NCBI GenBank assembly: GCA_944326545.1
Contig: CALVEH010000001.1
Span: 9,422-73,421 of the forward strand
Reading direction: 5' to 3'
Source: Candidatus Gastranaerophilales bacterium
GTDB lineage: Bacteria > Cyanobacteriota > Vampirovibrionia > Gastranaerophilales > Gastranaerophilaceae
DNA: 64,000 nucleotides
The notes under the pieces are model-generated. The model was not told the origin of the DNA, did not search any database, and saw only the letters and a list, made by a program, of their open reading frames with translations. Below are positions 47,788 to 57,800 of the stretch, one piece after another (position 1 is the first letter of the stretch; every line of letters begins with the position of its first letter). Both the position numbers and the translations under genes were made by a program.

Positions 47788-49947
47788 TTACATTCCGGGC
47801 GGTCTGATTAAAGAAGGTTGAAGTATTGCACCACCAGGCATCATATTGAATTGAGGATTGTAATCCTGATAATCTTTAACAGAACGATTCATTACATCAG
47901 CTTCCTTGGCTTTCTTTTCTTCTTCTTCTTTTTTCTTTTTAGCGTCACGTTTTTGTTTATCTTTTCTGTCGCTCTGACCTATTGCAGAAGGGTCATTCAA
48001 CACAAGACGTCTAAATTCAACTTCAGCATTTTCAGCACCAACGTTCATCATAAGCCCCATTGTAGCATTTTGTCTGTATGCGTCATAACCGATTAAAAAT
48101 TTCATATCGTCAGGACCTATAGCAAACCAAAATCTGTTTTCTTGGAGCAATTTATCATTAGGTGTATCAGCAAGAGCAATTGTTGCTGTATACATCAAGG
48201 TCAAGAAACGGCAAATTCTTAAAGATTCACCTAATACAATGTTCGATTTACCGTAGAAGTTTTTATCGAAATAGAATGGAGAATCTCCTGCTTGTCCGCC
48301 TTGGAAGTATGCAATGTATTGTTGCCAAGAACGGTATTGAGTTCTAAAATACGGACCTGCCCTAAGAACGCCCATTGTATCACCGGTACCATAAGCTGCT
48401 ACGTGAGATTGAACATTCAAACCAAAATCCATAGCAAATTTATAATCTGGGTTCTGGTATTTAAAGAAAGATTTAGAAGATTGAGTTTGCCAAGCAAATT
48501 TTGTTGTTGAAAAATCTCTTTTTCCCCAGTCTTCCATCAAACCGGCCATAAATCTGTTTGTAAAACTAACACCCAAATCTTCAATTTGGTATCTTTTCAT
48601 ATAATCAAATTGAAAACCGTAATCAGGCATTCTTCCGCCCATAAAACCGTTGTTCATATATGAATTTATGCCGTATTGCAAACTTAAATTATCAGTAAAT
48701 CTATGACGACCTCTTACAACAAACTCATCATTGGCAGTTGACCAACCAAAATCTGTTCTGTTGCTTCCGTTCAAAAATCTAGCCAGAGCACCTACACCAA
48801 AATCGCCATCATCGTATGTAACAGCCGGCCCTACTTTTAATGTAGAACCGAATGGTGCTTTAAATACCCAACCTGGAGAAACAAACGCACCAAGGTTTCT
48901 TAAAGAACCCATCTCGAGCATATTTGTTTCAATATATTCTTGTTCTTTGTTAGTAAACAGTCTTAAATTGCCTGCTGTACCAAGTTTGGTATTTTTGATA
49001 TAAATGTCAGCATTTTTTAATGTAGCAACATCGTGATCTTTATAGCTGTCTATAACAATAGTCTTAGCTTTTAAACGCCACTTGTTATCATATTTTTCTT
49101 TAAAATAAAAATTCTTAGGTATAGCTTCGTCCATCATAGGGTTGTCAAAGCCCATAATAGGACGAGATATAAACTTAAACTGAGTTTTATCATTGAATGT
49201 AACTATACCGTCAAGAGCTTCAGTTTGAGCATCATTAACAATACCTGTTTTTGCACGAATTTTTATTGCCATGTGGTTAAGCACAGGGTGCGTCATCATA
49301 GCGTTATCTTCGTTCAAATCAACTTGGATATAATCACCGTTAATTTTTTGTCCTTCTTTTACAAGAACAACATTGCCATAACCCTTAATATAATTTGTAT
49401 CGTGGTTAAAAATTATCTTATCCGCGTAAAGAACAGATTTTTCGCTAGGGAAAGAAACCTTTGCATTTCCTTCTGCTTCAAATTCGTGTCTTTCAGGGAA
49501 ATACTCAATAGTCTCACTATCAACTAAAACATCTGTAGTCGGGCCGTTATTTTGAGCTTGTTCTTGTTCATCATCTTTTGGGGCTTTTTCTGCTTTAGAG
49601 AAAAATTTTCTTGTTTTGTGTTCTTTTTCTTGTTGAGCTTCTTCCTGAGTTTCTCCATTCAAAAGTGAATCAGCTTCTTCATGTTTTAAAGATGGAACTT
49701 CCTCTGTCATAGTTTCATCTTCAATTTTGCTATCTGTATTATCAGATTCTTTATTTAAGAATTTGAACCATCTTTTTTCTTTTTTTACATCTTCTTTGTC
49801 AACAGAACTTTCGTTTTGTGATTCAAAAACAGAATCATTTTTGATATTTTGTTGTGTTGCATCAACAGCCTCTGTCCCAAAGGCACAACCTGTACCAACA
49901 AGAGTTAATGCTAACAATAATAGAAGAGTATTTGTTCTTTTATTCAC
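47788..49947 (-). CDS. lptD: OstA/LptD-like outer-membrane protein
   Basis: Signal peptide, acidic/K-rich linker, then an OstA-like segment (FEAEGNAKVSFPSEKSVLYADKIIFNHDTNYIKGYGNVVLVKEGQKINGDYIQVDL). Long aromatic-rich beta-barrel-like region. K/E-rich C-terminal tail. Confidence 0.5.
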   Translation of the reverse strand: MNKRTNTLLLLLALTLVGTGCAFGTEAVDATQQNIKNDSVFESQNESSVDKEDVKKEKRWFKFLNKESDNTDSKIEDETMTEEVPSLKHEEADSLLNGETQEEAQQEKEHKTRKFFSKAEKAPKDDEQEQAQNNGPTTDVLVDSETIEYFPERHEFEAEGNAKVSFPSEKSVLYADKIIFNHDTNYIKGYGNVVLVKEGQKINGDYIQVDLNEDNAMMTHPVLNHMAIKIRAKTGIVNDAQTEALDGIVTFNDKTQFKFISRPIMGFDNPMMDEAIPKNFYFKEKYDNKWRLKAKTIVIDSYKDHDVATLKNADIYIKNTKLGTAGNLRLFTNKEQEYIETNMLEMGSLRNLGAFVSPGWVFKAPFGSTLKVGPAVTYDDGDFGVGALARFLNGSNRTDFGWSTANDEFVVRGRHRFTDNLSLQYGINSYMNNGFMGGRMPDYGFQFDYMKRYQIEDLGVSFTNRFMAGLMEDWGKRDFSTTKFAWQTQSSKSFFKYQNPDYKFAMDFGLNVQSHVAAYGTGDTMGVLRAGPYFRTQYRSWQQYIAYFQGGQAGDSPFYFDKNFYGKSNIVLGESLRICRFLTLMYTATIALADTPNDKLLQENRFWFAIGPDDMKFLIGYDAYRQNATMGLMMNVGAENAEVEFRRLVLNDPSAIGQSDRKDKQKRDAKKKKEEEEKKAKEADVMNRSVKDYQDYNPQFNMMPGGAILQPSLIRPPGM

Positions 49948-49963
49948 TAAATCACCTTTATAT

Positions 49964-51106
49964 TTATATGTAATTCAACGGATTTTGAGGGCGTCCGTTA
50001 ACCCTGACTTCAAAGTGACAGTGAGGACCGGTACTATAACCTGTAGAACCTTCATACCCTATCACTTGACCTTTTAAAACAGTTTGACCCGGGCTTACAA
50101 CATATCCTGACATGTGAGCGTAAAGAGTTGTTGTAGGTTGACCATTTACCAATCCATGGTCTAAGATAACAACTTTTCCGTACCCGCCGTACCATCCGGA
50201 ATAAAGTACCTTACCAGCGTTGGCTGCTCTGATTTTGCCACCATTGATACCACCGATATCGATACCTGAATGGTATATTGTTCTTTTGAATATTGGGTGA
50301 ACTCTATATCCGAATGGAGAAGTAATCGGCCCTGCAATCGGTTTCATAAAGCCTGAAACAACTTTAACTGTAGAACCTTTGGTATTTTTATTAATCATTC
50401 TGCCCAAAGCTTCTGATTGTTTTGCAAGTTCTCTTTCTGCTCTTTCATAATAAACTCTATCTGTTCTGTACTTTTGTATAGAGCTTTCATTTTGGCTTAT
50501 GGCGCCTTGGATATATTGTTGTTGAGCATTAATATTTTTTATTGAATAAGCAATAATTGTTTTTTGTTGCTCTATTTGACTTCTTAAAAGAGCAATTCTT
50601 CTTGATTTTTCTTTAAGATAAGCAAGTTTTTTCTTATCTTTTTTGGTAATCACATTTTGATAATAAATTCTATCCAAAAAAGTATTTATATCAGTAGTTG
50701 CCAAAAGAAGTTGGAACATACCTTTTCTTTGTTTTTTAAAGATTTGTCTGATACGTTTTTTTGATTGACTTTCTGTTGCAGAAAAATCACTGAGAGTTTG
50801 GTTTAGATTTCTTTCTGCTTCAGAAAGTTGTATTTCTGCGTCTTTGTACTCTTGTTTTGTAGTTTGCAGTTTTTTTGTTGCATTCTCAAGACGTTGTTGG
50901 TTTTTGTATAGTTTATTGGTTTCTATACTTTCCAAACGCTTTAATTTAACAACTTTTGCATGAGTTTCTTTTCTCTTTTTTTCTATATGATTTTGATTAC
51001 AAAATGCACTTTGTGAAAAAGAGAATATTATTGTAAATATAAACAAAGCTTTAAGTAAACAGCTTACAAAGCTTTTGGTTTTTATAGAATGTGCCTCATG
51101 CGACAT
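49964..51106 (-). CDS. M23-family peptidase with an N-terminal coiled coil (EnvC-like)
   Basis: HSGIDIGG...YAHMS...GSTGYSTGPHCHFEVRVNG are the M23 metal ligands. About 200 aa of coiled coil precede them. Confidence 0.85.
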   Translation of the reverse strand: MSHEAHSIKTKSFVSCLLKALFIFTIIFSFSQSAFCNQNHIEKKRKETHAKVVKLKRLESIETNKLYKNQQRLENATKKLQTTKQEYKDAEIQLSEAERNLNQTLSDFSATESQSKKRIRQIFKKQRKGMFQLLLATTDINTFLDRIYYQNVITKKDKKKLAYLKEKSRRIALLRSQIEQQKTIIAYSIKNINAQQQYIQGAISQNESSIQKYRTDRVYYERAERELAKQSEALGRMINKNTKGSTVKVVSGFMKPIAGPITSPFGYRVHPIFKRTIYHSGIDIGGINGGKIRAANAGKVLYSGWYGGYGKVVILDHGLVNGQPTTTLYAHMSGYVVSPGQTVLKGQVIGYEGSTGYSTGPHCHFEVRVNGRPQNPLNYI

Positions 51107-51157
51107 TTTTTTATCCTAACCCTTCACAAGCCAGTAAAGGAGCCAACTATTCAACGT

Positions 51158-51262
51158 TTATTTTGAAACGAATGCAATCAATATAGGCGCAAGCGCAAAC
51201 AAAATAAATGAAACAAATATAATTCCTATTATAACTTTTTGGTTTTGTCTAAAAAATTCCAT
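51158..51262 (-). CDS. Possible 34-aa single-TM peptide (uncertain)
   Basis: MEFFRQNQKVIIGIIFVSFILFALAPILIAFVSK. Below the ORF-track cut-off and without a clear SD. Confidence 0.25.
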   Translation of the reverse strand: MEFFRQNQKVIIGIIFVSFILFALAPILIAFVSK

Positions 51263-51338
51263 TTGTATTATCCGTACATATTTAACACTAACATTTTACA
51301 TGCAAAAATTATCTTTTACAAGAAATTAACACGGTTGT

Positions 51339-51791
51339 TTAGGATAACTTAACCTTTACAACAGCCTTTTTGACATATTGTTGAGTGTCAATACTAATGC
51401 AAGGCATATGGGCATCTTGAGGCATAAATATCAAAAAAGTTCCTTCAACTGCTTTTATAAAATCGCCCTTGCCATCTAAAAAGACAATATCGTTTTTATC
51501 ATCATAAAAAGTTGTAGGCTTACAGTTTTTTATATTTGTGTAGCCAAGTTTTTCTTCGCCTTTGATAATAAATTGAATGTCAGCATATTGTTTATGAGCT
51601 TCAAATTTTCCTTCTGATTCCAATTTTGTATTGTAATCCTGAACAGATACAAAAATATCCTTTCCGTCAATTTCGTATTTGCCGTTTTCTAAATTTAACA
51701 AATCTGTATTTTTCAAAAATTCAAAACCTTTTTGAAATTTTTCGCCCAGACAATAATAAGATTGCGCATTTTCAATATTATCTACAATCAT
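51339..51791 (-). CDS. YhcH/YjgK/YiaL (EbgC-like, DUF386) family protein
   Basis: 150 aa. GKYEIDGKDIFVSVQDYNTK...FEAHKQYADIQFIIKGEE is typical of this family. Confidence 0.75.
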   Translation of the reverse strand: MIVDNIENAQSYYCLGEKFQKGFEFLKNTDLLNLENGKYEIDGKDIFVSVQDYNTKLESEGKFEAHKQYADIQFIIKGEEKLGYTNIKNCKPTTFYDDKNDIVFLDGKGDFIKAVEGTFLIFMPQDAHMPCISIDTQQYVKKAVVKVKLS

Positions 51792-51892
51792 TTTAGAACC
51801 CCCTTTGTTATTATTTATTAAGATTATAGCAAATTTTTAAGTTTAGAGTTTTTATGTGTTATGATTAGTCGTACGAAGTTGCATAGAAAATC

Positions 51893-52597
51893 ATGATATC
51901 ATCAATAAATAATAAACCGAAACATAACGTATTTAGTGCATTTCAAGAAGTATCGCACACAAAAAATGTGTACTCTACCTTGAAATACAAAAGAAACCAC
52001 AGAATAGAAGAACCTGACACAAAAAAACAAGTAGTTGTTGCCGCCGGTTCAACACTTGCAACACTTTTGCCGATGATTTATTTTGCAAAAAAACAAACAG
52101 GTTTAAAAAAGATTACAGACTTAATAAAAGTTAAATACGAATTACCACAGATTCTAACCCTCAGTACTGCAAGTATCTTAGGCGGTGTTGTATCAGGTAT
52201 TGCCGCTGATAAAAAAGCAAATAAGAAAAGAAAAGTTCAAGAAGGCGTTTTTCAATTTATGAACGCAACTATCCCTACACTGCTTGTTGGTGGGGCAATG
52301 AAACTTATTGAAGATAATGTGAAATACAAAGAATCAAAACCTGTAAAAGTTGCATCGATAGCAACAGGTCTGATTGCAGGTATGCCATTGGCTGCGTTTA
52401 TTTCCAACATTATAAACGACCCAAAAGATAAAGAGCCTGACAGAAAATTGACTCTGAAAGACTCTATTATCAATATGGATGATGCGCTTGGCGCACTCAT
52501 AGTTGCGAAAGTTCCTATCGTTGAACACTTGCACTTAGATAAAGCAATGCCCGCAATATTTGCATGGTGCGGTTATAGAGCAGGTCAAAGTAACTAG
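51893..52597 (+). CDS. Hypothetical membrane protein (234 aa)
   Basis: Several hydrophobic segments (VVVAAGSTLATLLPMIYF, ILTLSTASILGGVVSGIAA, ATIPTLLVGGAM, IATGLIAGMPLAAFI). No family recognised. Confidence 0.5.
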   Translation: MISSINNKPKHNVFSAFQEVSHTKNVYSTLKYKRNHRIEEPDTKKQVVVAAGSTLATLLPMIYFAKKQTGLKKITDLIKVKYELPQILTLSTASILGGVVSGIAADKKANKKRKVQEGVFQFMNATIPTLLVGGAMKLIEDNVKYKESKPVKVASIATGLIAGMPLAAFISNIINDPKDKEPDRKLTLKDSIINMDDALGALIVAKVPIVEHLHLDKAMPAIFAWCGYRAGQSN

Positions 52598-52600
52598 CAA

Positions 52601-52798
52601 TTATAGCTGGTCAAGCATTTTTTGATTATCTTTGGCAGTGTTTTCTCTTGAGTTAATAACTCTGTCGATACTTTTTTCTGTTTTAATTGAAGCAGTACCG
52701 CTTTTTACTGCATTATTAACATTGAGAGGTTTACCCCAGTTTGTATAACCAATCCAAAGTGCAGCTGCAGCAATAATTAATACAATAAATTTCATCAT
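52601..52798 (-). CDS. Small membrane-anchored protein (65 aa)
   Basis: GAAGGAG lies 9 nt upstream of the ATG. N-terminal TM MMKFIVLIIAAAALWIGY. Confidence 0.55.
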   Translation of the reverse strand: MMKFIVLIIAAAALWIGYTNWGKPLNVNNAVKSGTASIKTEKSIDRVINSRENTAKDNQKMLDQL

Positions 52799-52901
52799 GA
52801 TAAAATTCTCCTTCTAGTTAAATATTATCTATTTTTAAATATTTGTAATCAACCAAAAATAGCAGATTTTGTAATTGATTTTATAGTTTTTTTTATATAA
52901 A

Positions 52902-53804
52902 TTGGGCACAGGAACAAAGATGAAAAGACGCACAATAGGTTTACTAAACGGAACAATAGCCGCAGCAAGTTACGGGACAAACCCTCTTTTTGCCTTGCCA
53001 TTATATGCAGGAGGAATAGGGGTAAATTCTGTGCTTTTTTACAGATACGCTTTTGCGGTTTTAATCTACGGCTTATGGTTAAAGTTTGTAAAAAGAACAG
53101 CTCTCAAAATCACTTTTAAAGAAGGCATTGCCCTTTTTATACTCGGTTTGTTTTTTTCTTTGTCTTCGTTAACTCTTTTTGAAGCGTTCAAGTATATTGA
53201 AGCAGGAATAGCCTGTACAATACTTTTTATTTACCCTGTTTTGGTCGCAATAATAATGATGATATTTTTTAAAGAAAAAATCACTAAAACTGTTGTGTTT
53301 TCAATTTTGCTTACATCTGTCGGTATAGGGCTTTTATACAACGGAAAAAGCGGAATAACATTGAATCTGCACGGAGTAGCACTCGTTTTGTCATCTGCTT
53401 TGTTATATGCTCTATACATAGTCGCCGTAAAAAACGTAAAAATTATAAGACACATAAAAACTGATAAACTAAGCTTTTACGTAATGCTTTTTGGCTTGGC
53501 TGTTTATATCTATAATCTAAAATTCTGTACACAACTGCAAATATTAGACAGGCCGTTTTTGTGGCTCTGCACGATTGGATTGTCACTATTCCCTACAATA
53601 ATATCTTTAGAAACAATAGCCATTTCAATAAAACTCGTGGGGTCAACAACAACTGCTATACTTGGGGCTTTAGAACCTTTAACTGCAATATTTTTTGGTG
53701 TTGTATTCTTCCATGAACAATTAACCTTCAGGATTTGTATAGGTGTTGCTTTGATTTTGTTTGGCGTTCTTTTGATAATTACAAGAAAACAGAAAAAAGC
53801 ATAA
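52902..53804 (+). CDS. EamA/DMT-family transporter
   Basis: 10-TM layout with duplicated EamA-like halves. 300 aa. The start is uncertain (MKRRTIG at 52920 is possible). Confidence 0.75.
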   Translation: MGTGTKMKRRTIGLLNGTIAAASYGTNPLFALPLYAGGIGVNSVLFYRYAFAVLIYGLWLKFVKRTALKITFKEGIALFILGLFFSLSSLTLFEAFKYIEAGIACTILFIYPVLVAIIMMIFFKEKITKTVVFSILLTSVGIGLLYNGKSGITLNLHGVALVLSSALLYALYIVAVKNVKIIRHIKTDKLSFYVMLFGLAVYIYNLKFCTQLQILDRPFLWLCTIGLSLFPTIISLETIAISIKLVGSTTTAILGALEPLTAIFFGVVFFHEQLTFRICIGVALILFGVLLIITRKQKKA

Positions 53805-53831
53805 TAGCTACAATTTTAAAACAGCTAAAAA

Positions 53832-54320
53832 CTAAAGCTCTTTAACATCTGCAACATAGTTTTTTAAAAGCAAAGCTCGTTGTTTTATCAATTCTCTTTT
53901 CTGATCTGCCGCAATTGTATAATAAATTGTGGCCGCTTTGTTATAAATGACATTTTCATTGACATCAAATTCAGATTTTATATAACTTTCCCATTTTTTC
54001 TGAGAATCAGCTATTTTTTCATATTTGTCAGCAGGTAGTATTTGTTTTAGCGTTATCAAAGCTTTATCTATTTCTTTAAACCAAGCCTCTGTCGCTTTAA
54101 GTGTACAATTACCCATTTTGATATCAGAAGTATCAGCAATTTTTATACATTTTTCTTCTTCAATATCAATAGGATGTTTGTTTAGTTCAGCTATATCAGA
54201 GGTTTTAACCTCTAATTTTTCTTTACAATATTCTTCGCAAGATGGACATTGTTGCTCTTGTGGTTTTACACAACCTGAAGAAAGCAGTATTAATGGTATT
54301 AAAACAAGAAATTTTTTCAT
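53832..54320 (-). CDS. Lipoprotein, DUF1311/LprI-like
   Basis: From ATG at 54320: MKKFLVLIPLILLSSGC lipobox. C-terminal helical region with CTLKATEAWFKEIDKAL...QKKWESYIKSE resembles DUF1311. The ORF-track start at 54368 is probably too long. Confidence 0.5.
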   Translation of the reverse strand: MKKFLVLIPLILLSSGCVKPQEQQCPSCEEYCKEKLEVKTSDIAELNKHPIDIEEEKCIKIADTSDIKMGNCTLKATEAWFKEIDKALITLKQILPADKYEKIADSQKKWESYIKSEFDVNENVIYNKAATIYYTIAADQKRELIKQRALLLKNYVADVKEL

Positions 54321-54408
54321 ATGTTTATTATACCCTATTTTTAAAGTATATATCGCATTTTTATACAATTTAATCTAGTATTGTAGTTATCACATCTGTC
54401 TCTATATA

Positions 54409-54433
54409 CTAAAAAACACCCTATCGGGTGTTA
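54409..54433 (-). terminator. Intrinsic terminator following the first tRNA-end remnant
   Basis: The minus strand reads AACACCC-GATA-GGGTGTT followed by TTTTTT. Confidence 0.6.
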
Positions 54434-54442
54434 TCTTAAAAA

Positions 54443-54453
54443 TGGAGCGAGAG
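54443..54453 (-). other. 11-nt copy of the tRNA-Gly 3' acceptor end (older att remnant?)
   Basis: The minus strand reads CTCTCGCTCCA, identical to the last 11 nt of the fragment at 54612-54635. The flanking sequence does not fold as a tRNA. Confidence 0.4.
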
Positions 54454-54577
54454 CCAAGTAGGTACTATGCCCCTAATGCTCATTTCATTCGCAAAGGGTC
54501 ATAGCATCGAGGCTTTAGTGTGAATGTTTTTTCCAAAAAATCTTTCCTACTTTTTAGCCTCTTTGTCTTTCTTCCAT

Positions 54578-54609
54578 AAAAAAAGAGTCCTCATTGGGAC
54601 TCTTTTTTT
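54578..54609. terminator. Hairpin terminator immediately 3' of the tRNA-Gly fragment (minus strand)
   Basis: AAAAAAAGAGTCC-TCATT-GGGACTCTTTTTTT. Confidence 0.65.
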
Positions 54610-54611
54610 AA

Positions 54612-54635
54612 TGGAGCGAGAGACGAGGCTCGAAC
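54612..54635 (-). other. tRNA-Gly 3' fragment (T-loop to CCA), probable attachment-site copy bounding the integrative element
   Basis: The minus strand reads GTTCGAGCCTCGTCTCTCGCTCCA: T-loop TTCGAGC, T-stem CTCGT, acceptor CTCTCGC, discriminator U, CCA. Compare the E. coli tRNA-Gly end ...GTTCGAGTCTCGTTTCCCGCTCCA. The upstream 5' part of the tRNA is absent. Confidence 0.7.
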
Positions 54636-54862
54636 ACATCTTTTTTGTTTTAGTAATTTAAAATTTTGTTTTGTAATCTATTGTATTATTCAATCTTCAC
54701 AATTTCTATTTTTGCTAATGTTTAGTAATTTTTAGGGACTATTTGTAAAATTAGTCCCTTTTAGGGCCCTTTTTTAATTAAATTTATAATAATTTTCTTT
54801 AGATGCTATTGCAGATTAAAGTATTCCACGTTATAACATTTGTTAACAAATAAGGAGTTAAT

Positions 54863-57800
54863 GTGAACGAAGAAAATATAAAACAAATAGTATTAAACAT
54901 ATTACAAAATTGGGGATTTGATAAAGATGAGATACAACTTGAAACAAGTTTTACTATCAAATTCGGTAAAAGTGTTGCAAGGGTTGATAATTTAAAGCCT
55001 ATTACAACCGCATCGCCAAGAGCAGATATTTTAGTAACAAAAAACAATAAGAACCTGTTTGTATTTGAATTAAAAGCGGATAGTGTACAAATAGATGATG
55101 AAGATATAAAGCAGGGAATATCTTACGCAAGGTTGACAGAATCAATTACTCCTTATGTTGTAATTACCAATTGTAAAGAAACAAGAATATTTAATGCATT
55201 TAATAATAAAGAATTAAAACAAGATGATGAAAATTTTACGATTAAAATTAAAAATTTTGACTATACATTATCTACTGATATAGAAAACCTTTATTATCAA
55301 GCAACAAAATATTTAATAGGGATGTCTTCACAAAATCTCTCTATTTTTTGTAAACAACAAATAGAATCCCGAATGGAAACATTAAAAGGTACAAATATAA
55401 ATGACGATGAAAAATATATACCCGAGTTATTTATTGAACGAGAGGCTATTGTTGAATGTTTTGAAGATTTCTTAAAATCAGACTCAACATGTTTTTCTAT
55501 AATAGGTGAGTCAGGTACAGGGAAAACTAATGTTATTTGTGATTTAGCTTTAAAATATGCTTCTGATAATTATCCAAATTATCTTTCATATTTTTATACA
55601 TGTCATGAATTATATAATAGTATTGGTGATAATTTAAAAGAAGATTTCAATCTTCACTTCACTCAACAGAATACAGAAGAGCAAATTGTTAAAAAATTAG
55701 CAGATTTTTCTGATAAGCAAACAATTATATTTTTTGATGCAATAGATGAAAGAAACAATAACAATTTTCCTGTGGAATTTAACAATTTTGTTAGAATAGC
55801 CAAGGATAAAGGTATTAAAATTTGTTTTACCTGTAAAGATATTGAATACGAAAGATTTTTAAAAAATAATGGCAACCCAACTTTTATTACTAAATCTATT
55901 TATTCTATTGATAACAGTAATATTAGTTTTTCTTTAAATAATTTTTCAGATAATGAATATAAAAAAGTAGAGTCATGTTACAAAGAGAAATATGATCTTT
56001 TAGATATCCCAAGCGATATTAGCTATGAATTGAAAAATGGGTTTATGCTAAGAATATATTCTGAAATACATAAAAATAAAAGAAAATTTCGGGCACAAAA
56101 TATTGTTGAAATGATGCAAGAATATTTAGAACAAAAATTAGCAAAAATGTATAACTCACAATATGACAAAGACATTGCAAATAATATTCTTATTGAAACA
56201 GCTAGACATATTTGGGAACAATCTATAGGTAAAGATGTAAATGCATTTCCAACAATATATCGTATGTCTGATAAAATATTAGAAAAAGATTTAAAGACTG
56301 CTTTAAACTTGCGGATTAATGAAAAAATCCCCAATGAATTATTTGAACATAAAATATTACAAAAAAATCTTTATGAAGATATCTTTATAAGTTTTTATTA
56401 TACAAGATTTAGGGACTATATAATAGGATTTATGTCTCTTAAGTTAGATACTTTATCAAGCTTAGAATTTAGTAATTTATTACCAACTTTATATTCAAGC
56501 AATATTGGTATTAGTATTGTTCAATGGTATTATCAATTTGCGAATAGTAACCATAAAGAATTAATTGAGCAGTTCTTTATAGGCAAGATTTTAAGTTTTA
56601 TTAGTGCATATAATTACTTAATAGATATGTATTTTAAAGAGCTAAAAGATATTATTTGTCCTAATGTAAAAGAAAAAATTGCTATTGGTATTATAAAAGA
56701 GCCCATTAATCCCTTTTATTTTTTCTACCCTGCAAAGACCAATAATGATATTATAACATTTTTTGATGATTATGATAGTTATAAAAATGCATACGAAAGC
56801 ATAGGCGGAATTTCAACAGCTTTAAATATAGATGATGAATGTAATATGAAAGCAATTGCTTTCAAAAGATTAATTGAAGATGTTTTAAGAGCATTGAAAA
56901 ATCCTTATAGCAGAGTGTTTGGCGGATATCCTAAGTATTACCCAAAATCTTTTTTTAATCCTAAAAATAATAAAATTATTTTAAACGAAAGAGTCTATTC
57001 TTTATTTGATAATTATTCACATTTATTGGGTTATAAATATCAGGTAAATCTACAAGAAAGTGATTTTTCATACTCAAGATATAAGCAAAATATATTTCCT
57101 ATTAAAATAAATGATGTTTTAAATAAAATTAAGAGATTAAAAATTAAAATTTTTCTTGATAATGCAGAAAATACAGATTTTGATAAAACTATATTTTCAT
57201 TTGATGGCAATGACAATGTTTTAGAATACGATGATTGTAAAATTAATAGTTTTATTAAATCTAATAGAATTTTACCTGATATTAAAGTTGAGGGAATTGA
57301 TGAGTTAGAAAATCACTTACGTTTATATAAACACTTTAGTGATACTCTTGACTTTCCACTGCCTAAACCAGATATAGAAACAAAAATACCTCTGAAAATT
57401 TATGAAACAATAAATGGAACAACAGTAAGTAGATTAGGAGATGACATTATTCGCGACATATATAGTAAGAAACAGAGGAATAAGTATTATCGTCAATGGT
57501 TTTATAAAATGTATAATGTCTATATTTCATATGTCGAAGAATTTTTTCCTCGTATTAAAAATTATTTATACACATATTCAAACCTTCCTATAGCTATAAA
57601 TTATAAGATAAATGATTGTGATGACGATATTAATAACTCTCTACATTGTCAGTTTTGTTATGAAATATTGTATAATCAAGACCAAGATGAATTAGTAAAA
57701 TTGACAGAAGTAAATTCTTTTTCAAGCAAATATAACGGTTGGAGAATGATGCCAGCTTATCCTGAAACAATAGAAGAAAATGTTATACTAATGATTTCAG

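Noticed and set aside
54443-54530. Intact tRNA or tmRNA at the first TGGAGCGAGAG copy.
   Set aside because: Only the last 11 nt match a tRNA acceptor end. There is no T-arm (GTTCGA), no complementary 5' acceptor strand and no D-arm or anticodon arm, and nothing resembling a tmRNA tag reading frame.
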